Assembly (NCBI GenBank): GCA_964582465.1
Contig: CAZOQX010000003.1
Span: 1,115-65,114 of the forward strand
Direction: 5' to 3'
Length of the DNA stretch: 64,000 nt
DNA from: an uncultured Candidatus Saccharibacteria bacterium
GTDB lineage: Bacteria; Patescibacteriota; Saccharimonadia; UBA4664; CAZOQX01
Part shown: piece by piece, positions 39,894-49,143 of the stretch
How the letters are laid out: each line of letters begins with the position of its first letter
How positions within the stretch are numbered: position 1 is the stretch's first letter
The notes under the pieces: generated by a model
Told to the model about the DNA's origin: nothing
Seen by the model: the letters and a program-made list of their open reading frames with translations, nothing else
Databases searched by the model: none
Translations under genes and position numbers: made by a program

Positions 39894-42607
39894 TACATTT
39901 CGCCCCAGTTCTTGCCGATCTTCGTGTCAACGTCGAGCTTAACTTTAAATTTGTGAACTTTCTCCATTTTGTCCTTAAGGTAGGCGGCGACAGACTCGGC
40001 CTTCTTTTCAGACACTTCCACTATTAACGAATCATGCACCTGCAAAAGCATCTTGGCGTCGGAATCCATCTCCTGGCCGATTTGGATCATCACCAGCTTC
40101 ATCAAATCCGCCTCAGTGCCTTGGATGGGCATGTTAATAGCCGCCCGCTCCGCCGCCTGGCGCACCACAAAATTAGCGCTTTTTACATCCGGCGTCGGAC
40201 GGCGACGACCAAACAGCGTCTCCACATAACCATCTTTGTGCGCCTTCTCGCGCAAGCTCTCCAGATAAACGAGCAGCTGTTTGCGCATACCGAAATAGCG
40301 ATCAATGAAAGCCTTCGCCGTATCGTGATCCATGCCGGTCGCCACGCTCAAACCGTGCGGACTCATGCCGTAGAGCACGCCAAAGTTCACTGTTTTGGCG
40401 GCCGCGCGCATATCTTTCGTGACTTTATCCTCGGGCACGTTAAATAATTCCGCTGCCGTCTCCACATGAATATCGACGCCGCGATTGAACGTTTCAATCA
40501 TGTCTTGGTCGTCCGCCAGTACCGCCGCCAAGCGCAGTTCAAATTGTGAGTAGTCAGCCGAGATTAATAGTTTGCCGGCACCGGCCACAAAGGCCTTGCG
40601 GATTTCGCGACCCAGCTCGGTTCGCACCGGAATGTTTTGCAAATTGGGGTTATTCGAGCTCAGGCGACCGGTCGCGGCAATGGTTTGGTTATAGCTCGTA
40701 TGCAAGCGACCGTTTTTATCGACCAGGAGCGGCAAAGCATCGATGTACGTGCTTTTGAGCTTGGTCAGCTCACGGTATTCCATAATTAAATCGATAATCG
40801 GGTGAGTACCCTGGAGCTTTTCTAGCTCGCTTGCAGCCGTAGACACGCCACTCTTCACCCGTTTTAAACCTACCGATCCAAGATTCAACCTATCAAATAA
40901 AACCGCTTTGAGCTGCTGGGTAGAACTAATATTGAATGAACCGCCGGCCATTTCCCAAATGTCTTTTTCGAGCTTGGTGATGCGCTTGCCCACCACATCA
41001 GCAAGTTCTTTTAGGTAAACCGAGTCGAGTTTAATGCCCTCGATCTCCATGGCAGCAAGCACTGGGATGAGGGGCCATTCCTGTGTCTCGGCCACCTTCT
41101 GCAGACGGTCGGTTTTTTTTAGCTCCGGTCGCAACTTTTCGTACAGGCGCCAGGTGATATCAGCATCCTCGCAGGCGTAGCAATGGGCGTCTTCGATAGT
41201 CGTAACGTCAAACGTCGTTTGCCCACGACCCGTGCCGATTAAACGTTCAATTGGAATCATCTCCAAACCAAGTTCGTTAAAAGCCAGATCACTTAATCCT
41301 GGCGATCGGCGCAAAGGGTTGAGCAAAAATGCCGCCACCATAGTGTCGAACACTACCGGGCCAAGCTCCACCCCACAGGTACGAAACACCTCATAATCGA
41401 ATTTGATGTTGTGGCCAACTTTGCCGATTTTAGGATTTTCGAGCACCGGCTGGAGCAGTCGGAAGATCTCATCTTTTTTAAGTTGGTTGCCACTTTGATG
41501 GCCCACCGGGATATACCACGATTGCTTGGCCTTAAAGCTGATGGAAATCCCCACCAGTGTCGCGGTAATAGAATCTACACTGTTTGTTTCCGTATCAATC
41601 GCGATCACAGGCTGCTGCTCGAGCAACTTCACCAGTTTTGTGAGTTTTTCGGCTGTATCTACAATCTCGTAATCCACGTCCACCGGTTTTTCGATGGTTG
41701 CCTCGGCCTGATCGAACAAGCTCGGCACCTTGGCCTTTGCCGGTTGGGGTAATTTATCGAGCAAACTCTTAAATTCGAAGCGTTGGAAGAGCTCAAAAGC
41801 CCGATCCCGGTCGATCTCACCCCACCGGGATTTGTCCAGGTCGAGCTTGATTGGCATATCGGTCACAATGGTTGCAAGCTTGCGGCTGAGCATGGCCTGG
41901 TCCTTATTCTCCCGCAATTTGTCGGCTACCGCTGGCTTCAGCTCATCCAGGTGTTCATAAATCCCCTCGAGCGAACCATGCGTTTGAACTAAACTCATCG
42001 CCGTCTTCTCACCAATCCCCGGCACGCCGGCAATATTATCGCTGGCATCACCCTTGAGCGCCTTAAAATCCACGAACTGCGCTGGCGTCATGCCGTAAGT
42101 TTCCTGCATGGCCGCAGTATCAAAGATCACCGTGTCCGTCATGCCGCGCCGCATCGTGTAAACTCGCGTATTGTGGTCAATCAGCTGCAGCTCATCCTTG
42201 TCGCCCGTTACAATCACCGTATCTAAATTTTGGACCGAGGATTGTTTTGCGAGCGTGCCAATAATGTCGTCAGCCTCGTAGTCTTCCACTTCTACAAGCG
42301 GAATGGCGAGAGCGTCAATTACTTCTTTGACCAGGGGAATTTGCTGGCGCAGATCATCCGGCATTTCCGCTCGGTTAGCCTTATATGTGGGTGAGAGGTC
42401 ATTGCGAAATGTCTTCTTCGATTTATCCCAAGCCACTACCACATAGTCTGGCTTCAAGTCGCGAATGCTGTTTAGGAGCATCAGCGTAAAGCCGTACACA
42501 GCGTTAGTGGGCGTACCGTCTTTAGTGGAAAGTCCCGGGATAGCATGATAACCGCGGTGAAATACCGCGTTGCCATCAAATAGTACTATCCTCTTCTTTG
42601 CTGCCAT
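39893..42607 (-). CDS. polA: DNA polymerase I
   Basis: 904 aa. 5'-3' exonuclease N-terminus, 3'-5' exo-like middle, and polymerase motifs (DYSQFELR, KTVNFGVLYG, QVHDSLIVE). Confidence 0.95.
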   Translation of the reverse strand: MAAKKRIVLFDGNAVFHRGYHAIPGLSTKDGTPTNAVYGFTLMLLNSIRDLKPDYVVVAWDKSKKTFRNDLSPTYKANRAEMPDDLRQQIPLVKEVIDALAIPLVEVEDYEADDIIGTLAKQSSVQNLDTVIVTGDKDELQLIDHNTRVYTMRRGMTDTVIFDTAAMQETYGMTPAQFVDFKALKGDASDNIAGVPGIGEKTAMSLVQTHGSLEGIYEHLDELKPAVADKLRENKDQAMLSRKLATIVTDMPIKLDLDKSRWGEIDRDRAFELFQRFEFKSLLDKLPQPAKAKVPSLFDQAEATIEKPVDVDYEIVDTAEKLTKLVKLLEQQPVIAIDTETNSVDSITATLVGISISFKAKQSWYIPVGHQSGNQLKKDEIFRLLQPVLENPKIGKVGHNIKFDYEVFRTCGVELGPVVFDTMVAAFLLNPLRRSPGLSDLAFNELGLEMIPIERLIGTGRGQTTFDVTTIEDAHCYACEDADITWRLYEKLRPELKKTDRLQKVAETQEWPLIPVLAAMEIEGIKLDSVYLKELADVVGKRITKLEKDIWEMAGGSFNISSTQQLKAVLFDRLNLGSVGLKRVKSGVSTAASELEKLQGTHPIIDLIMEYRELTKLKSTYIDALPLLVDKNGRLHTSYNQTIAATGRLSSNNPNLQNIPVRTELGREIRKAFVAGAGKLLISADYSQFELRLAAVLADDQDMIETFNRGVDIHVETAAELFNVPEDKVTKDMRAAAKTVNFGVLYGMSPHGLSVATGMDHDTAKAFIDRYFGMRKQLLVYLESLREKAHKDGYVETLFGRRRPTPDVKSANFVVRQAAERAAINMPIQGTEADLMKLVMIQIGQEMDSDAKMLLQVHDSLIVEVSEKKAESVAAYLKDKMEKVHKFKVKLDVDTKIGKNWGEM

Positions 42608-42722
42608 TACATTAATTATAGCGAAATTGCTTACTTTCGTGCCGCTTAAGGTTGCTAATCAGGTTGTCAGATTGCAAAATTGCTTTATTGGCATTGCCCG
42701 CTCTTCGACAAAAGGAGCAAAG

Positions 42723-43286
42723 TTGAGCACTCCGACCCTGACACGCCCGGCCCGAACCTACTGGAAGGTCGAGCGCCTGAAGCTGAGCTACAGTGGCATC
42801 GAGGAACGTCGCGAACAGGTACGGCTGCAATCCGAGGCCAACCTCATCGCCTCGCTGTGCGCAAATGGTCTCCACGCCCCGGCACTGGATCTCGACTTTG
42901 AGGTCGATACAGTGAACGTCGGAGACCGAACCCTGCTGACCTTCCACAAGCGAGTGCCTATGCGAGGCTTCAAGTCTCTGCTCAGGGCCTGGCAGGCCTC
43001 GGGCATGTGGCCTGGAGGTGAATGGTGGTGGCAGCCAGGAAGCGTGACACTCATGACTCTGTATCCGACGCGCCTAGTCGCCTCCAGCACGCCCGGCCAC
43101 CACCACCTCTACTACGATCGAGAGATCACCTGGGAGGAATACGCCGAGCTGCTACGTGGACTTCGCGACGCCGGGCTCATCCAGCGCGGGTTCTGTCGCA
43201 TGAGCCTCCGGCGCAAAATGACCATGTTGCGCCTCCCCGGGCACACCAAGAAGACCACACCTCTTCAACCCAGGTTCTCCGACTAG
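42723..43286 (+). CDS. PrimPol-like (bifunctional primase/polymerase N-terminal domain-like) protein, tentative; first gene of GC-rich island
   Basis: TTG start at 42723, 7 nt after AAGGAG. The track ORF from 42570 overlaps the polA 5' end. LDLDFEVD (DxD-like) and STPGHHHLYYD (sGxHhyF-like) motifs are spaced ~50 aa, as in PF09250-type prim-pol domains. GC is high by eye. Confidence 0.35.
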   Translation: MSTPTLTRPARTYWKVERLKLSYSGIEERREQVRLQSEANLIASLCANGLHAPALDLDFEVDTVNVGDRTLLTFHKRVPMRGFKSLLRAWQASGMWPGGEWWWQPGSVTLMTLYPTRLVASSTPGHHHLYYDREITWEEYAELLRGLRDAGLIQRGFCRMSLRRKMTMLRLPGHTKKTTPLQPRFSD

Positions 43287-43320
43287 TGTCGGCACGCGGA
43301 CAGTTTGATTGGAGGTTCCA

Positions 43321-43527
43321 GTGGCAAAGTTGAAGCCACGACAGAGGCAAATCCTCGCAGCCCTGGTTTCCCTCGGCGGCGAGGGCAGTACCCGCGAGAT
43401 CGCCGAGAAAGCTGGACTCTCTCCGAACGGTGTAGCCCAGACGCTGGGCTCCCCCGCCTTCGACGACATTGTCGAAGGCTTGGACGGCAAGGCCGGCGAC
43501 TACCGGTGGAAACTGCGCGTTCGCTGA
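43321..43527 (+). CDS. Small winged-helix DNA-binding protein (MarR/ArsR-like)
   Basis: GTG start 5 nt after GGAGG. RQRQILAALVSLGGEGSTREIAEKAGLSPNGVAQTL has the typical wHTH recognition-helix pattern. Confidence 0.45.
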   Translation: MAKLKPRQRQILAALVSLGGEGSTREIAEKAGLSPNGVAQTLGSPAFDDIVEGLDGKAGDYRWKLRVR

Positions 43528-43731
43528 TGCCGAATTTCGGAATCAGCCAATTCGCCGCTGGTTTCACCTACTTCGTCGGTGCGAAACTTCAGCCGATCGC
43601 CGATCTTTTGACCGAACGCCGGTTACATGTGCTCGGCTGTGAGGACCGATTCAACAAGGACCGGCGGCGTCGGAAATTCGGCTGCATGCATTACCCCAAG
43701 GCAGCCATCAGACAATGGAGGAGGCACTGAC

Positions 43732-44154
43732 ATGGGTGAGATGTTGGTCGACGGCAGGGATGCCAAGGTCTACATTCTCTGCCGCCAGCCCGGTGACGTC
43801 CCGTTCGCGTGGTACGAATATTGGGTGGTGTTTCGCGATGGCGAAGTGATCGAGGGCGCTAGCACCAGCGTGCACGATCTCTCCATCGTCGGGGACACGC
43901 TCATGCACAGTCGCCGCATCAACAACGCCCAGTTCCAAACCCCGCCCACGCCGGGGCGAGGCAAGTCGTCGGAACGTTGGCCGGTTCGAGTCATTGAACT
44001 CGGCCACTACTACGGCGAGACCGATGAGGTGGACGATGATCCCCTCTTCTGTCGCTACGACTGCGGCGCCTTCATCACCTGGTATGAGGGTGATGCGCCA
44101 TCAGGCGTCGACCCGTTCGGCGAGTGCCCCAACCATCCGGAGGCCAAGCGATGA
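43732..44154 (+). CDS. Hypothetical protein (island gene 3)
   Basis: ATG preceded by GGAGGAGG. 140 aa. C-terminal Cys/His cluster (CRYDCGAF...GECPNHPE). No recognised family. Confidence 0.45.
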   Translation: MGEMLVDGRDAKVYILCRQPGDVPFAWYEYWVVFRDGEVIEGASTSVHDLSIVGDTLMHSRRINNAQFQTPPTPGRGKSSERWPVRVIELGHYYGETDEVDDDPLFCRYDCGAFITWYEGDAPSGVDPFGECPNHPEAKR

Positions 44155-44417
44155 GAGCTAGGCACTCCCCCACACCCAGTGGCACCCCGATCCGTGATTC
44201 AGAGTCAATCGGGCTCAGAAGCACGTTACTGCGGCAGGCCGCTCCCTTGCGGCGGGCCGCTCTGGACCTTGATCCGGATGCGTGGCGACGAGCGGTTAAA
44301 GTGATCGGCTCTCCCACGGATGTCCGTTATGTGCTCGCCATGTTCGACGACGAACTGCCGGCACAGGCGCTGGAGTTCGCCCGACGCATGCTGGCAAAGA
44401 CGGAGGCATCAAAATGA
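44151..44417 (+). CDS. Hypothetical protein (island gene 4)
   Basis: ATGA start/stop overlap with the upstream gene. 88 aa with an Arg-rich N-terminus. Exact frame choice is uncertain (alternative track ORF 44124..44417). Confidence 0.3.
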   Translation: MRARHSPTPSGTPIRDSESIGLRSTLLRQAAPLRRAALDLDPDAWRRAVKVIGSPTDVRYVLAMFDDELPAQALEFARRMLAKTEASK

Positions 44418-44530
44418 GCAAGCAAAAGACAGCTGTGATCGGTGCGGTCGGCCTGCTCGGGCTAGCGATGTTCTACCTCGGGCGGTTCATGGCCAGGCAC
44501 TCGCACGACCTCGGACCCTGCGGCGATTAG
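44414..44530 (+). CDS. Tiny single-TM peptide (38 aa)
   Basis: ATGA overlap with the upstream stop. MSKQKTAVIGAVGLLGLAMFYLGRFMARHSHDLGPCGD. Confidence 0.35.
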   Translation: MSKQKTAVIGAVGLLGLAMFYLGRFMARHSHDLGPCGD

Positions 44531-44539
44531 GAGGTCAAG

Positions 44540-44638
44540 ATGCGCAAGCTTGTAGGCTACACGCTTCTGGGCATCGCGGCCTACCTCGTTGCCAAGATCA
44601 TCTGGGATTTCCTCGGCCATCTCAGTGAACGGCCATGA
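44540..44638 (+). CDS. Tiny single-TM peptide (32 aa)
   Basis: Strong SD AGGAGG 6 nt upstream. MRKLVGYTLLGIAAYLVAKIIWDFLGHLSERP. Confidence 0.35.
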   Translation: MRKLVGYTLLGIAAYLVAKIIWDFLGHLSERP

Positions 44639-44645
44639 GCGCCTC

Positions 44646-45038
44646 ATGAGATCTAGCCCACTCCTCAGCCTGCGTGAGCGTGAAGTCGCCGAACTCGCAA
44701 GCTCCGGTCTGACCAACAAGGAGATTGCCGCTCAGCTCGGCCTCTCGCCCGAAACCATCAAGAATCACTTGTCTCATGCCTTCACGAAACTCGGCGTACA
44801 CAACCGAATTGAGCTGGCTCGCGAGATGGTGCACCGCGAGATGATCCGCGCGAGCAGCACGAGGGTGACAATTCTCGCCACGTCCTTTGACGACGGATCT
44901 TGGTTCGTTGCCATCAAGGAGGACGAAACAGTCAGCGTCGTTCCGTTCAGCAAACGTGAGGAATGGGAGGCTTTTCGCCAAGCACTGGAAGTCCTCCAGC
45001 CCTACCTCTGCGCCCAACTGCGGATAATCGAGCGGTGA
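44646..45038 (+). CDS. LuxR/GerE-family HTH transcriptional regulator with uncharacterised C-terminal domain
   Basis: LSLREREVAELASSGLTNKEIAAQLGLSPETIKNHLSHAFTKLGV is a canonical LuxR-type HTH placed at the N-terminus. Last gene of the island. Followed by a hairpin. Confidence 0.65.
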   Translation: MRSSPLLSLREREVAELASSGLTNKEIAAQLGLSPETIKNHLSHAFTKLGVHNRIELAREMVHREMIRASSTRVTILATSFDDGSWFVAIKEDETVSVVPFSKREEWEAFRQALEVLQPYLCAQLRIIER

Positions 45039-45058
45039 GCTCTAGCAGCCCGACACCG

Positions 45059-45088
45059 GGGCCCGGGATTCTAACGAATTCCGGGCCC
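45059..45088 (+). terminator. GC-rich hairpin (8-bp stem GGGCCCGG/CCGGGCCC) downstream of the LuxR gene
   Basis: Inverted repeat read directly from the sequence. Followed by TTGGCCGTTTTA. Confidence 0.45.
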
Positions 45089-45112
45089 TTGGCCGTTTTA
45101 ATTACAAAGAAA

Positions 45113-45154
45113 GCGCCCCTGGCTCGTGCAAAGCCTCGGGGCGCAGTCGTTTTT
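45113..45154. terminator. Bidirectional rho-independent terminator (rpoD on minus; island operon on plus)
   Basis: GCGCCCC...GGGGCGC stem. T-runs on both strands (AGTCGTTTTT on plus, TTTCTTTGTAATTAAAA on minus). Immediately 3' of the rpoD stop. Confidence 0.6.
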
Positions 45155-46301
45155 AATGCAGGTAATCGCGTAGTTTTTTACTTTCGCGGTGCTTGCGCAG
45201 TTTGGCGAGCGCCTTGGCCTCGATCTGACGAATTCGCTCGCGGGTCACGCCGAATTCCTGTCCCACCTCTTCCAGTGTGTGACTGCGGCCATCGTCTAGC
45301 CCGAAGCGCATGCGTAAAATTTTCTGTTCGCGTGGGGTAAGTAAGTCAAGCATCTCACCTACCTGCTCTTTCAGCAGCTGATCGGTGGCAGCCTCAAGCG
45401 GCGTGCGCGACTCTTCGTCCGGAATGAAATCGCCCAGCGTAGAGTCGGCTTCCTCGCCCACCGGCGCTTCGAGCGACACAATGTCTTGTTTGATCTTCAT
45501 AATGTGATTAACCTTCTCGACTTCCATGTCCATCTCGGCGGCGAGTTCTTCTACCATCGGTTCGCGTCCCAGTTCTTGCTGCAAGCGCCGCTGGGTGCGA
45601 ATCAACTTATTAATCGTCTCCACCATGTGGACGGGGATACGGATGGTACGGGCTTGGTCGGCAATAGCCCGGGTAATAGCCTGGCGAATCCACCAGGTCG
45701 CATAAGTCGAAAACTTGTAGCCCTTGGTGTAATCGAATTTCTCCACAGCGCGGAGTAGGCCAGTGTTACCCTCCTGAATTAGGTCGAGTAAGTCGAGCCC
45801 ACGCCCAATGTATTTTTTCGCGATCGATACCACCAGACGCATGTTGGCCTCAGCCATCTTGTCCTTAGCCCGCTTGCCATCGGCCGCAGCCAGCGTGTTT
45901 TTAGACGCGTTCACGCCCTTCTGGATCCGCTTCGCGAGCGCTACTTCTTCCTCGGCTTTCAGCAAAGGGATTTTACCAATTTCGCGCAGGTACAGCCTAA
46001 CCGAATCGTCGGCCACTGTGTCATCGATATACGTTTCGGGCTTCTCGGGCTGGGTTTCCTCTTCCTCTTCGCCCTGGCCCCACATCAGCTCATCGCGCTG
46101 ATCAATTACTTCAACGCCGGCATCAAACAGTTGCTGGTAAAACTCATCGAGCTCCTCGACATTATCCTCGGCCTCGCCATAGATCGCGCTAACTTCTTGC
46201 TGTGTGACATAGCCACGCTCCTTGCCCTTGGCAATCAGCTGTTCAACTTCGGAATTGGTCGACGCATCTTCTTCTTGTGGTTTCTGAACCTTTTTCGGCA
46301 T
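45153..46301 (-). CDS. rpoD: RNA polymerase sigma factor RpoD (sigma-70)
   Basis: 382 aa. Regions 1.2 to 4 (e.g. [28 protein letters not shown], region 4.2 [25 protein letters not shown]). Confidence 0.95.
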   Translation of the reverse strand: MPKKVQKPQEEDASTNSEVEQLIAKGKERGYVTQQEVSAIYGEAEDNVEELDEFYQQLFDAGVEVIDQRDELMWGQGEEEEETQPEKPETYIDDTVADDSVRLYLREIGKIPLLKAEEEVALAKRIQKGVNASKNTLAAADGKRAKDKMAEANMRLVVSIAKKYIGRGLDLLDLIQEGNTGLLRAVEKFDYTKGYKFSTYATWWIRQAITRAIADQARTIRIPVHMVETINKLIRTQRRLQQELGREPMVEELAAEMDMEVEKVNHIMKIKQDIVSLEAPVGEEADSTLGDFIPDEESRTPLEAATDQLLKEQVGEMLDLLTPREQKILRMRFGLDDGRSHTLEEVGQEFGVTRERIRQIEAKALAKLRKHRESKKLRDYLH

Positions 46302-48033
46302 TATAACTCCTTTACCTTGGCCGACAGCGCTTGGTGTTCGGCCATCAACTTTTGGGCCAAATCGCGCCTACCGGCTCGCTCGGCCTCTTTAATTTGATGC
46401 GTAATTTCTTCGTGGCGTCTCCGGGTGGCCAACACGACTAGTTCTTTTGCCAAGTGGAAGGCTTCGAAACTGCGGTCTTGCGGTCCGATCTCGGAATATT
46501 CTTCTTCGCCCTTTAATGAAAGGATTTTAACATAATCTGACAGTTCTGTCAGATCTCTCGCTATCTGGTCAGAAGTAGCGGCCGGCCTGGCTTTGAGAAA
46601 TTTGCAAATAGCTTGGTGCTCACTCCGGCTGAACAATTCTTCGTCCATATCGGCCAGGCTAGCGCGCAGATCGGGAAAGACTAAGTTCAGAGCCAGCAAG
46701 TTCTCCTCCACCACCTCTTCGCGGCTCAACTGCAGTGGGTCAGCCTTCTCCTTCGCCTCCATCTGGCGGACAGGCTTCGGCTCGGCTTGACTCAGTTTTT
46801 CTTTAATTACGGCGGGCTCACCATCGACCCGTTCAGCCAAAAGTTTAATGTAATGCTCTTGCTCCACCGGATCACGCAGATATTTGAGTACGGGTATGAT
46901 TTGATCGGTAAAACTGCGCTTGCCCAGGGCACTCGCCAGATCGCTGCCTGCCGCGTGGCGCTCAAACAACCAGTCCATGACGTATTTAGCCTCGGAAACG
47001 GCGGTTTGCCACAGCTCTGGCTTTTGCTTAATAAGCTCGTCGGGATCCTTGGCGCCAGCCATATCCACGACCGAAAGTGTTAAATTCAGCTGCTGGCTCA
47101 GGTCAATAGCCCGCTCCGTGGCACGCAGTCCGGCGGCGTCTTGATCAAAGGCCAGTTTGACGTTCTTTGTCAGCCGGCCAACCATCTTCAATTGGTCGAG
47201 CGTAAGCGCTGTGCCGCTCGAGGCTACCACCTGTTTCACGCCGGCCTGGTGGCTTGCCACGACGTCCATGTTCCCCTCTACTATTACAAGTTCGTCATGT
47301 TGTTTGACCGCCTCTTTGGCCAAGTGGAAGCCGTAGAGCACCCGACCCTTGTCATAAATCAGTGTCTGCGGGGTATTAAAATACTTTGGCCCGGTGGCCG
47401 TCGGATCAAGAATCCTCGCGGCGATGCCCACCGGCTCCCCGCGCTCATTAGAAATCGGAAAAGTTATGCGCCCACGAAACATATCAAACGTGCGATTGTC
47501 GCGCTGGCCCGTCAGCCCAGCCTGGTTGAGCTCAGCTATTGTAAAGCCCTGCTTGGTCATAAAGGTGGTCAGCCCTGACTGCGTCACCGGTGCATAGCCG
47601 AGCCGAAAATCTAGAATTGACTGCTTGGTCAGTCCGCGCTGCTTCATATAATCGAGGGCTCGCGGGTTCTTGGTCAGGCTAAGCTGATAGTACTTGACGG
47701 CAAGCGTCATGGCAGCCTTAAGCCGGTCTTTCAGCTTGGTGTTGCTCGGCCCCCGGCTCTTTAATTCCACCCCGGCCCGTTTAGCTAGCACCTCCAAGGC
47801 CTGCCGGAAATCCAAGCCTTCCATTTTCATCACGAATTTAAAGATGTCGCCGCCCTCGCCGCAGCCAAAGCAGTGCCAAATACCCTTTTCGGCGCTCACC
47901 ATCATACTAGGCGTCTTCTCGTTGTGGAACGGACAAACGCCTTTCATATTGCGCCCGGCTGGCTTGAGCTGAACGTAGCTAGCCACCACCTCGGCCACAC
48001 CCAGGCGTTCTTTAATTTCCGCCACTTCATCCA
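46301..48033 (-). CDS. dnaG: DNA primase DnaG
   Basis: Zinc-binding [10 protein letters not shown]...CFGCG, TOPRIM (VIVVEGNMDV) and a C-terminal domain. Start placed at [11 protein letters not shown] (48033) rather than the track's upstream-extended start at 48217. Confidence 0.85.
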
Positions 48034-48113
48034 TTAGAAGTAATTGTAGCACTTGAAAGCAAGAGCCCCGCCGGATGACCGGCAGGGCCCGCTTGAACCG
48101 CTGTGCTGTGTCG

Positions 48114-48302
48114 TCACTGTGAGTTATAGATGCTGGCATCCTCGCGGATACTGGCGACACAGTGAGTGCACAGGAGGCAAGACCCCAGCCAGCAGTGCGA
48201 GCAATCCTCGCAGTCATGCGGCGGCCCCACCTTGAAGAAGTCCCGACGCCGCGTCGCGCTGTTCTGGCTCGGAGTCGCTTGCTCGGTACCCGGTGCTGCC
48301 AC
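48114..48302 (-). CDS. Possible small Cys-rich ORF (CxxCxxCx4CxxCxxC) in a GC-rich block upstream of dnaG; coding status uncertain
   Basis: Translation verified codon by codon: ...HDCEDCSHCWLGSCLLCTHCVASIRED... GTG start. Overlapping plus-strand ORFs also exist, so this may be non-coding. Confidence 0.2.
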   Translation of the reverse strand: MAAPGTEQATPSQNSATRRRDFFKVGPPHDCEDCSHCWLGSCLLCTHCVASIREDASIYNSQ

Positions 48303-48571
48303 AGGGAATCCTCTCTGGAAGACGAAAACGGAGACTGGGAGGGACTTGTCCTAGCATCTCAGACTCACCCACATACGCAGCTGCCATGGTCACTGTGCGT
48401 CCTAGTCATACGTGCCGCCACCTGGCCTCGGGCCCGAGTCGCAAGTGGGCGTCGCAGAGAACTTCTTGAACGACCAGCCGTCCGCTAGATCTAGAATATG
48501 ACGACATCCTTTCACGTTACAAGCATAAGGGCAGTTCGAACTTAAGCGTTTTATGTGATTAAATTAAGCTG

Positions 48572-49111
48572 ATGGAACCAACCACCGCCGGCCCTAATTA
48601 CAAGAAAGTCGCCCTCTTCGGCGGCCTAGGCCTAGCCGTCCTCATCGCGATCATCCTCATTTTTGCTAATCACTCCGCCGGGCCGGACAAACAATTCATG
48701 GAGCGAGAGACGGCGAACTTCCAGCAAGCTGTGGCTGTAGCCGCTACCGCCACAACCCAAAACTCCCAAACACCCGACGTCTTAAACGCCGCCGCGAGCA
48801 TGCGCGTAGTAATGCCGAGCGAGATCAACCAAATGAAGGACTGGGACAAAAAGTGGTACGGCGCCAATCTACCCCGTAATGCCGGCTCAATCAAAGTCGT
48901 AAAAGCCAATGCTGAGGCTTTGAATGGCTCGAGCAGTTTTGATAACGACTTTGTTGCGGCGATTTTACCCTACCTGAAAGATAGCCTCAGCATTGCCAAG
49001 CAGTTCCAGCCCACCCTGCAACACTCCGAAACTAAGGATTTAGCTGCGAGCATCATCCGCGATGTCAGCGCCCAAATCTCAACACTCCAGAAGATTAAAA
49101 CTTCACAATAG
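48572..49111 (+). CDS. Membrane-anchored hypothetical protein
   Basis: 179 aa. N-terminal TM helix (VALFGGLGLAVLIAIILIF), then an Ala/Thr-rich linker and a soluble domain. Confidence 0.5.
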   Translation: MEPTTAGPNYKKVALFGGLGLAVLIAIILIFANHSAGPDKQFMERETANFQQAVAVAATATTQNSQTPDVLNAAASMRVVMPSEINQMKDWDKKWYGANLPRNAGSIKVVKANAEALNGSSSFDNDFVAAILPYLKDSLSIAKQFQPTLQHSETKDLAASIIRDVSAQISTLQKIKTSQ

Positions 49112-49143
49112 CTCGGTAACTAGTAAAATTAGATCCTGGGCAA

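Noticed and set aside
42570-42722. 5' extension of the first island ORF (MPSNSTILFF...) from ATG 42570
   Set aside because: It overlaps the 5' coding end of polA on the opposite strand and lies in backbone-GC DNA. A TTG at 42723 preceded by AAGGAG gives a cleaner start coincident with the GC shift.
43627-43731. Upstream extension of island gene 3 (track ORF 43627..44154, 175 aa)
   Set aside because: The extension is Arg/Gly-rich low complexity and spans the inverted-repeat region. ATG 43732 has a strong GGAGGAGG SD, so the shorter form was preferred.
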